Assembly: GCA_947450325.1 (NCBI GenBank)
Contig: CANFUT010000008.1
Coordinates: 30,211 to 94,210 of the forward strand
DNA: 64,000 nt
Origin: Flavobacteriia bacterium
GTDB lineage: Bacteria > Bacteroidota > Bacteroidia > Flavobacteriales_D > Crocinitomicaceae
Direction: 5' to 3'
Shown: in pieces, positions 57,599 to 64,000 of the stretch
How the letters are laid out: each line of letters opens with the position of its first letter
Numbering within the stretch: position 1 is the stretch's first letter
Translations under genes and position numbers: made by a program
Notes under the pieces: model-generated
The model's database searches: none
Seen by the model: only the letters and a program-made list of their open reading frames with translations
Told to the model about the DNA's origin: nothing

Positions 57599-58852
57599 TT
57601 ACTTTTTTTCTGTGTAAATGTTTAAAAGTACACATCGGAGTAAATTTAGAGATGCAAAAATAGTCATTTGTACGTTACGTTCTCTATTATCTCCCAAATT
57701 TAATTTCTTAGAAATCACTTTTTCTTTGCTTGCAACTGAAATCCAAATAGTTCCAACCGGAATTTCTTCTGTTCCACCGTCGGGTCCAGCTGTGCCAGAT
57801 GTTGAAATGCAATAATCGACTCCCAACTTTTTCAATCCACCTAACGCCATTTCGCTTACTGTTTGCTCGCTCACAGCTCCGAAATTTTCAAGCGTATCTA
57901 ATTGAACGTTAGCAATTAATTCTTTTAATCTATTGCTGTAGGTCACCAAACTTCCTTGAAAATAATCGGATGCACCAGGGATTTCTGTGATGTATTTCGC
58001 CAAACCTCCAGAAGTGCAACTTTCGACAGTTCCCAGGGTTTTTTGTTGCGATTTTAATAATTTTCCGACAACACCATTTAAAGTTTCATTTTCTTCACCA
58101 AAAACATACATCGGCATTCTTTCTTTCAATTCTTCAAAAAATGCATCAATTTGTGGTGCGTCGATTTCTCCTTTTGATGAGGTAATTCTCAATTTCACCA
58201 TTCCTGGAGAAGGCAAATAAGCCAATCCAAAACCTGCTTCTCGAATGCGATTTTCCCAATCGGCCATTTTATCAGCCAAGTACGATTCTCCCAATCCTGT
58301 GGTTAAAATCGTGCGGTGATACAAAGCGGAAACTTGAAATTTTTGCTGAAATTTTTCCAACAAAAAATCTTTCATCATGCCTTTCATTTCATAAGGAACA
58401 CCAGGTAAACTCACCAAAATAGAGCCGTTTTTTTCGAACCACATGCCTGAAGCTGTTCCGTGAAAATTATGAATGACTTCGCAAGATTTTGGCAAAGCTG
58501 CCTGTTGAGTATTGACATCCAACATCGGACGATTCTTGTTTTTGAAAATCGCTTCGATTCTTTGGAGAACTTCTGCGTTGATTTCCAATGTTGTATCGAA
58601 ATACTGACAAAGTGTGTGTTTGGTGATATCGTCTTTCGTTGGTCCCAAACCGCCAGTTACAATAACCAATTCACTTCGGTTCATCGCTTGGTCGACCGCT
58701 TGCAAAATCGCTTCTTGATCGTCAGCCACAGCAATTCCCCATTTGACGGGAATTCCAATCAGTGAAAGTTCTGCACCAATCCAAGATGCGTTGGTGTTGA
58801 TCGTCTGACCAATCAATAATTCATCACCGATTGAAATTATTTCTGCTTGCAT
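57599..58852 (-). CDS. cinA: competence/damage-inducible protein CinA (MoCF-binding + nicotinamide-nucleotide amidase domains)
   Basis: 'MQAEIISIGDELLIGQTINTNASWIG' is the canonical CinA N-terminus at 58852. The ORF extension to 59167 overlaps the divergent gene and has no homology-like features. Confidence 0.85.
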   Translation of the reverse strand: MQAEIISIGDELLIGQTINTNASWIGAELSLIGIPVKWGIAVADDQEAILQAVDQAMNRSELVIVTGGLGPTKDDITKHTLCQYFDTTLEINAEVLQRIEAIFKNKNRPMLDVNTQQAALPKSCEVIHNFHGTASGMWFEKNGSILVSLPGVPYEMKGMMKDFLLEKFQQKFQVSALYHRTILTTGLGESYLADKMADWENRIREAGFGLAYLPSPGMVKLRITSSKGEIDAPQIDAFFEELKERMPMYVFGEENETLNGVVGKLLKSQQKTLGTVESCTSGGLAKYITEIPGASDYFQGSLVTYSNRLKELIANVQLDTLENFGAVSEQTVSEMALGGLKKLGVDYCISTSGTAGPDGGTEEIPVGTIWISVASKEKVISKKLNLGDNRERNVQMTIFASLNLLRCVLLNIYTEKK

Positions 58853-58913
58853 TGGTATTGTATTTGTTATAGAGTGCAAAAATATTGTAAGTTTGACGAA
58901 AATCTTTAGTAAA

Positions 58914-59651
58914 ATGAGAAAAATAGCAAAAAATGTTTTAATAATTTCATCAGTATGTATGATTGCTGCTTGTGAGGTTTTGGAAGATGCTGCCAATAAA
59001 TTTCCAACTTCGACTTCAACACCTGCTTTATCGAACGGAGAAGTGATTTCTGGATTGAAAGAAGCTTTGCAAATTGGAATCAAAAATTCTGTCAATTTGA
59101 CTTCAGTGACAGACGGATTTTTTAAAAATAGTGCGATCAAATTGCCGTTTCCTGAAGATGCAATCAAAGTGAAACAAAAAGCAATTGATTTAGGAATGTC
59201 AAGTCAAGTTGAAAAATTTGAATTGACTTTGAATCGCGCTGCGGAAGATGCAACCAAAGCTGCCTTGCCGATTTTTGCGGATGCGATTACGAACATGACG
59301 ATTCAAGATGGTTTCAAAATCTTGAATGGGGGAGATGGCGCTGCAACCAAATATTTGAGAGACAATACAACAGCGAAATTAACGGCTGCATTTGCTCCGA
59401 AGGTTGCTGAATCAATCAATAAAGTAAAATTGACGGAATATTGGAATCCGATTATTACCAAATACAACAGTGTGATGGCGATAACTGGTGGACAAAAAAT
59501 GAATCCAGATTTGAATGCTTTTGTGACCGAAAGAGCGATTCTTGGATTATTTAAATTGGTTGAGCAAGAAGAAAATAAAATCCGCAAAGACCCAATGGCG
59601 CGGGTAACTGATATTTTGGTAAAAGTTTTTGGAAGTATCACAGGCAAATAA
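58914..59651 (+). CDS. DUF4197-like lipoprotein
   Basis: 'MRKIAKNVLIISSVCMIAAC' lipobox followed by a helical-repeat body. The family name is recalled from memory. Confidence 0.6.
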   Translation: MRKIAKNVLIISSVCMIAACEVLEDAANKFPTSTSTPALSNGEVISGLKEALQIGIKNSVNLTSVTDGFFKNSAIKLPFPEDAIKVKQKAIDLGMSSQVEKFELTLNRAAEDATKAALPIFADAITNMTIQDGFKILNGGDGAATKYLRDNTTAKLTAAFAPKVAESINKVKLTEYWNPIITKYNSVMAITGGQKMNPDLNAFVTERAILGLFKLVEQEENKIRKDPMARVTDILVKVFGSITGK

Positions 59652-59662
59652 AATCGAACATT

Positions 59663-60523
59663 ATGTATCCAAGTTCTGAGTTGGTATTAAACAAAAATGG
59701 TCAAGTGTATCATTTGGGATTGTCTCCTGAGAATTTAGCTGAAAAAGTTATTTTGGTCGGAGATCAAGACCGCGTAGCTTTGATTTCTGCGTATTTTGAT
59801 TCCATCGAACATCAATCGCATCATAGGGAATTTGTTTGTCACACAGGAATGTATCAAGGCAAACGAATTTCTGTTTTGTCAACGGGAATCGGAACGGACA
59901 ACATTGATATCGTGGTCAATGAATTGGATGCATTGGTGAATATCGACTTGGAAAAAAGAATTGATTTACCAACAAAAACTGCTTTGACTTTGGTGCGAAT
60001 CGGAACTTGTGGCATATTGCAACCAGAAATTCCTGTGCATGCTTACATTCTTTCGACACACGCTTTTGGCTTGGATAACATCGCACATTTTTACGATGTT
60101 TCTTTCACAGACGAAGAATTGAAAATCAATGATTCCTTGATGAATCACTTGAATTTGCCACCAAAAATTCAACCTTATACGATTTCCGCGGATGAAAATT
60201 TGGTGAATGCCTTGCGTTCTGAATTGACGCATGAAGGAATCACTGTTACGAGCAGTGGATTTTATGCGCCACAAGGAAGGAAATTGCGTTTGCCTTTGGC
60301 GACAAAAAATTTGAATGAAAATTTAACTGATTTTCGCTTCGACAATCGAAAAGTAACGAATTTTGAAATGGAAAGTTCGGCGCTTTTTGTCCTAGGGAAA
60401 AACCTTGGACACGCTTGTGCAACGATTTGTTTGGGCGTGGCAAATCGTCCGAATCAACAGTTTTCTAAAGGATATGAAAGTGAAATGAAAGAATTGGTGC
60501 AATACGTTTTAGACAGAATCTAA
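59663..60523 (+). CDS. nucleoside phosphorylase (PNP/UDP family)
   Basis: 'VLSTGIGTDNIDIV', 'RIGTCG' and 'FEMESSALF'. Confidence 0.8.
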   Translation: MYPSSELVLNKNGQVYHLGLSPENLAEKVILVGDQDRVALISAYFDSIEHQSHHREFVCHTGMYQGKRISVLSTGIGTDNIDIVVNELDALVNIDLEKRIDLPTKTALTLVRIGTCGILQPEIPVHAYILSTHAFGLDNIAHFYDVSFTDEELKINDSLMNHLNLPPKIQPYTISADENLVNALRSELTHEGITVTSSGFYAPQGRKLRLPLATKNLNENLTDFRFDNRKVTNFEMESSALFVLGKNLGHACATICLGVANRPNQQFSKGYESEMKELVQYVLDRI

Positions 60524-60918
60524 TTCGCGATGTGCATCATTTTCATTGTTTGTTGATTTTCAGTTTTCAGCTGGTAATAATAAACACCATTCGAGACTTT
60601 CGTAGAATCAAATCGCACGATGTGTTGTCCTGGCTCAAAATCTTTGTCAACAATCACTTCAACGCTGTTGTAGCTTTCGTCTAAAATTTCAAAACATACT
60701 TTTTTAGAATCCAACGAAGTGAAATAAAATTCCAACATTCCTTTGGCAGGATCTTGTTCTAGCGAATTCAATTCACAATACAATGCTTTGTTTGGAACTC
60801 CTTTGTTCATGTAACGAAGCAATCTTTTGTAAAAGATGTAACCAACAATAACAGTGATTGAAGTGTATAAAACACCCAAGGCGATTTTGACAAAACTTAA
60901 TCCGAGGAGAATGAGCAT
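60520..60918 (-). CDS. hypothetical membrane-anchored protein
   Basis: N-terminal TM 'ILLGLSFVKIALGVLYTSITVIVGYIFY'. The C-terminal beta-rich segment 'GVYYYQLKTENQ' is reminiscent of T9SS-CTD/Ig-like folds. Confidence 0.5.
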   Translation of the reverse strand: MLILLGLSFVKIALGVLYTSITVIVGYIFYKRLLRYMNKGVPNKALYCELNSLEQDPAKGMLEFYFTSLDSKKVCFEILDESYNSVEVIVDKDFEPGQHIVRFDSTKVSNGVYYYQLKTENQQTMKMMHIAN

Positions 60919-60928
60919 AATTTTATTT

Positions 60929-61195
60929 TTATAGAGAAATAATACCTTCGATTAAACTGGCTTTTTCATATTTGGCGATGATTGAATCAACGTCTAGCAT
61001 CAATTCTTTCGCGCTGATACTAATGTAAGTTCCTTGACTTGACGGATGCATCACAATTTGTGCGGTATCATCAAACAAAGCATTTGCCAAAGCGATTTTA
61101 TCAGGATGATTTGGAACAATGAATTTAAAAAGGTAAACATTTGGCCACTCTAATAGTTCCAATTGCACCCTTAATTTACCAAACATGTCTTCCAT
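60929..61195 (-). CDS. DUF493 (YbeD-like) protein
   Basis: 88 aa with 'WPNVYLFKFIVPN', typical of the family. Confidence 0.6.
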   Translation of the reverse strand: MEDMFGKLRVQLELLEWPNVYLFKFIVPNHPDKIALANALFDDTAQIVMHPSSQGTYISISAKELMLDVDSIIAKYEKASLIEGIISL

Positions 61196-61776
61196 TAGTA
61201 CTTTTTGAACAACAAAGATAATCGTTTCATTTCTTGAATGAGAATCTCTGGTGGATTGTTTTCAAGTTTTTTTAATTGGTCGAAATTGAATCCGCCGTTT
61301 TGTTGGTAGATTTTAATTCCTTCCAAGATTTCCATAGGATTTGGTTCTTTGGAAACAAGAATGTTAGCATCGATTTCGATTTCCGAAAACCAATGTTCGG
61401 CATTCATTTTTTCTAATTCAAGGAGATTTTTCACCCAAGAAACAAGTTCAAAAGCGTTCTCTGAATTGGATATTTTGGTCTTCATGCGGTTTTTTTCCTC
61501 CTGAAAATGCAAGTAATTTGCTAAAATTTCAGCTTGCGAACCGTTGAATTCCAGTTTCGTTTCGGTGAATTCGACCTTGATGTTGGTCAGTAAGTTATAA
61601 GCATTCCCAATTTTTTCCAATTTGGAAAGTTTGCTTTCAAACAGCTTGAAAATCGGTGTTTTGGAAAGAAAATATTGCTTGAATTCAAAGATTTTCTCTT
61701 CGTAAAGATCAATCAAATCATCTTCATCGAAAGCATCATCCAATTGAAATTCGTGCAGTGCTTCGGTTTTTGTCAT
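61195..61776 (-). CDS. hypothetical protein
   Basis: 193-aa ORF with overlapping start/stop codons on both sides (operon-like). No motif recognised. Confidence 0.5.
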   Translation of the reverse strand: MTKTEALHEFQLDDAFDEDDLIDLYEEKIFEFKQYFLSKTPIFKLFESKLSKLEKIGNAYNLLTNIKVEFTETKLEFNGSQAEILANYLHFQEEKNRMKTKISNSENAFELVSWVKNLLELEKMNAEHWFSEIEIDANILVSKEPNPMEILEGIKIYQQNGGFNFDQLKKLENNPPEILIQEMKRLSLLFKKY

Positions 61777-62525
61777 TCACCTTCGCCTTTATTTCGGCGC
61801 ATTTTGATGTTTAAAAATTCCACCAACAAAGCAAAAACCATCGCAAAGTAAATGTATCCTTTTGGAATGTGTTGACCGAAAGATTCAGCGACTAACAATA
61901 CACCAATCGTTACTAAGAAAGCCAAGGCCAACATTTTGATTGTCGGTCTGTTATTGATAAATTCAGAAATTGGTTTTGCAAATAATAACATAATGCACAT
62001 CGAAATAATCACCGCACCAAAAATGATTACCATCGGATGATTTTTCGGATCGTTGTGACCAATTTCATTCGTCATTCCAATCGCTGTAATAATAGAATCA
62101 AAACTAAAAACGATGTCGATCAATACAATTTGAAGAATCACCGCGCTCATTTTTTGTCTCGTTTTGGTTGAACCGTGCTCAGAGCCTTTCACACTGCTGT
62201 GCATTTCGATGGTACTTTTGTAAATCAAAAACAAACCTCCAGCGAGCAATACCAAATTTTGACCAGTAAATTCTTGATTAAAAACTTCAAATAATGGTTT
62301 GGTCATTCCCATGATGTAAGAAACAACACTCAAAAGCATCAATCTCACCACCAAAGCCAAGGTTAAACCAACATTTCTAGCAAAACGCTTTTTTTCTTTA
62401 GGAAGTTTATCTGTGACAATGGAAATAAAAATGATGTTGTCAATTCCCAACACTATTTCGAGCAATGTTAAAACGACCAAATAAAAAATACCTTCTCCCG
62501 AGAATAAAATTGAAAAATAATCCAT
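61773..62525 (-). CDS. TerC-family integral membrane protein
   Basis: 'LLEIVLGIDNIIFISIV' and a second 'DIVFSFDSIITAIGM' repeat. Confidence 0.85.
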   Translation of the reverse strand: MDYFSILFSGEGIFYLVVLTLLEIVLGIDNIIFISIVTDKLPKEKKRFARNVGLTLALVVRLMLLSVVSYIMGMTKPLFEVFNQEFTGQNLVLLAGGLFLIYKSTIEMHSSVKGSEHGSTKTRQKMSAVILQIVLIDIVFSFDSIITAIGMTNEIGHNDPKNHPMVIIFGAVIISMCIMLLFAKPISEFINNRPTIKMLALAFLVTIGVLLVAESFGQHIPKGYIYFAMVFALLVEFLNIKMRRNKGEGE

Positions 62526-62599
62526 GTTTTGTTTTGTTATTTCACAAAAATAGAATTTAGTTCCGTTATTTCAGTGGATTAAAAAGAGTTTATTTCGAC

Positions 62600-62632
62600 A
62601 AAAAAAATCCCGCCAAGATTTTGACGGGATTT
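62600..62632 (-). terminator. rho-independent terminator
   Basis: The minus strand reads AAATCCCG-tcaaaatcttgg-CGGGATTT followed by T-rich sequence. It lies downstream of ORF 62663..63103. Confidence 0.65.
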
Positions 62633-62662
62633 AGACTTTATAATAAATGTAAAATTCGAATT

Positions 62663-63103
62663 TTACTGCTTGAATGATTTTAAGATAACCAAAGTAGCCA
62701 TGTAAATCGTTTTGTCTCCTTCTGGCTGAGTCAAAGTCAATGTCGTGGCACCTTCAGCATCTGTAGAAACTTCGTACTGGTAAATTTTACCAGAAATTCC
62801 AGATGTTGCATTGAAAGTATAAGTCGTTTCACCGTCCGCATCTGTGTTTTTTACATTTGAGATTTTGTAAATCTGAGAATCAGTTACCAATCCATCAGTT
62901 AGAATGTTGTGCGTCAAATAGCCATCTGCCAATGAAACACTGTAAATTTCATTTACATCATAAGACATCAATTCATCGCCTTCCATGTACATTCCCAAAT
63001 AAGTTTGTACCGTAAAAGCCTTCGAGTTCAAACTTTGCGCGTTGCTCGCAAAAGAAGTTAAAACCACCAATAATATTACCAAAAATGCGTTTGTTCTTTT
63101 CAT
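62663..63103 (-). CDS. hypothetical secreted protein
   Basis: Signal peptide 'FLVILLVVLTSFASNAQ'; 146 aa. Confidence 0.55.
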   Translation of the reverse strand: MKRTNAFLVILLVVLTSFASNAQSLNSKAFTVQTYLGMYMEGDELMSYDVNEIYSVSLADGYLTHNILTDGLVTDSQIYKISNVKNTDADGETTYTFNATSGISGKIYQYEVSTDAEGATTLTLTQPEGDKTIYMATLVILKSFKQ

Positions 63104-63464
63104 CGTTTCATCATTTAAATTGTTGGACCAAACTTATGACAGTTTGCGCTCTTATCCTAATATTACAAGCTGATTTTTGTCACTTGAGGGTCAAAATACT
63201 ACAAATGCATTATTTGGAGACCAAAGACAATAGACCTGAGACAATAGACATTCTAAATATCTTTTAGTCTGATTGATTTAAGTTTGGAAAGAAAGGTCCT
63301 CCCCCTCGGTTCCGGCGCTATCGCTGAGTCTTCAAAAGCTATTGCTTTTTCTCCTCCAAAGGGGGAAGAGTGAAAATCTTTCGATTTTCTTAATTAGAGA
63401 AACCTATAAATTTAAGGTAATTCGTTTTCCCCCTTCGGAGGGGGACTAAGGGGGAGGAAAAAAC

Positions 63465-63513
63465 GAAAATCCCAAGTTTTACGACCCTTTCCGGCCTTAG
63501 CAATAAAAGCGTT
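63465..63513 (+). repeat. 49-bp perfect direct repeat, copy 1
   Basis: GAAAATCCCAAGTTTTACGACCCTTTCCGGCCTTAGCAATAAAAGCGTT, identical to 63621-63669. Confidence 0.9.
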
Positions 63514-63620
63514 CTTTGAGACATTAGACTCGAGACCGAAGACATCAGACTGATTTTTTTTGTCTAAAAATCTAATTTCTTATGCTAAAAGTCAATTAAA
63601 ACATTTTCTACAAACACCAA

Positions 63621-63669
63621 GAAAATCCCAAGTTTTACGACCCTTTCCGGCCTTAGCAATAAAAGCGTT
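63621..63669 (+). repeat. 49-bp perfect direct repeat, copy 2
   Basis: Identical to 63465-63513; start-to-start spacing is 156 bp. Confidence 0.9.
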
Positions 63670-63905
63670 AAGTAAAATTCGGAATGCTTGACGGCCAAAC
63701 AAAAGTACTGTTTGAGCATAGATAAACTTAACAATTTACAATAATCGTGGCTGCGAGTTTACTTTTGTTTAGTCACGCATTTGAATTTTATAGCTTTGAT
63801 TGCGTAGCCTTGATCTTTTTTTTGGTTCTTCTTTTTGCATCAAGGCAAAAAAAAGAACAAATCTTTAAACGGACAACAATTTCGCCCCTGAAGAAAATCC
63901 AGCTT

Positions 63906-64000
63906 TTAGCGACTCACCACCAACTTCTCCACCACAAACCCCTTACTCTCCAAATCCACCACCTTCACAAAATAAATCCCATTCTCCACATCCAACACAA
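63906..64000 (-). CDS. 3' end of a gene encoding a T9SS C-terminal sorting domain (partial, runs off window)
   Basis: The reverse strand translates to ...VLDVENGIYFVKVVDLESKGFVVEKLVVSR*, a typical Por/T9SS CTD terminus. Confidence 0.6.
   Translation of the reverse strand, partial: VLDVENGIYFVKVVDLESKGFVVEKLVVSR

Larger units (their letters stand above)
63205..63870 (+). repeat. composite noncoding tract related to the ~290-bp repeat family
   Basis: It has AGAC-rich leaders, GGAAAGAAAGG and CCCTTTCCGGCC blocks, and G/C hairpins. The 3' block GCCTTGATC..TTGCATCAAGGC..AAGAACAAATCTTT resembles the 3' ends of copies 1-3. No ORF of 60 aa or more is present. Confidence 0.6.

Noticed and set aside
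58853-59167. A 105-aa N-terminal extension of the CinA ORF.
   Set aside because: The canonical CinA N-terminus MQAEIISIGDELLIGQ begins at 58852. The extension overlaps the divergent DUF4197-like gene and looks non-protein-like.
63465-63669. Possible CRISPR array, because of identical 49-bp repeats.
   Set aside because: There are only two copies, the spacer is 107 bp, there are no cas genes in the window, and the repeat is embedded in a larger repeat-family context.

Overview
The window looks like an AT-rich Bacteroidota (Flavobacteriia-like) chromosome. Supporting markers are a fused lpxC/fabZ gene, T9SS C-terminal sorting domains, a PorX-type regulator, an rpmB-rpmG-DUF4295 cluster and TAnnTTTG-type -7 boxes. 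All calls come from motif recognition and by-eye alignment; no searches were run.

Core genes present:
- icmF
- a GH20 hexosaminidase
- trxA
- lpxD-lpxC/fabZ-lpxA
- rlmD
- dinB
- an SF1 helicase
- a NatAB-like ABC pair
- an alanine-dehydrogenase-family gene
- tsaE
- porX
- an HD hydrolase
- a large M43 metalloprotease that is T9SS cargo
- ftsY
- rpmG and rpmB
- cinA
- a TerC-family gene

Three accessory or unusual structures stand out:
1. A ~15.7-kb integrated element (3529-19229) is bounded by a 15-bp direct repeat. It carries a tyrosine integrase, a serine recombinase, an excisionase-like HTH, an AAA ATPase and a Toprim primase. It also has an origin-like iteron region. Its cargo is a LytTR/propeller-kinase operon with three secreted proteins.
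2. A ~6.5-kb one-directional array of gene cassettes sits upstream of dinB (31.3-37.9 kb). Each cassette junction carries a copy of the dinB-upstream sequence. Three copies contain the same 8-9-bp-stem palindrome, and one copy carries a dead dinB 5' fragment. Cassettes encode mazEF, a GH18 chitinase plus class III Fic, and unknown secreted proteins. No recombinase lies in the array. A similar target-end duplication flanks a single-gene insertion at the helicase 3' end.
3. A ~290-bp structured intergenic repeat family has three clear copies plus a composite ~650-bp noncoding tract at the window end.

Two apparent 1-nt frameshifts sit in short homopolymer runs and may be assembly errors. No rRNA, tRNA or CRISPR array was seen.
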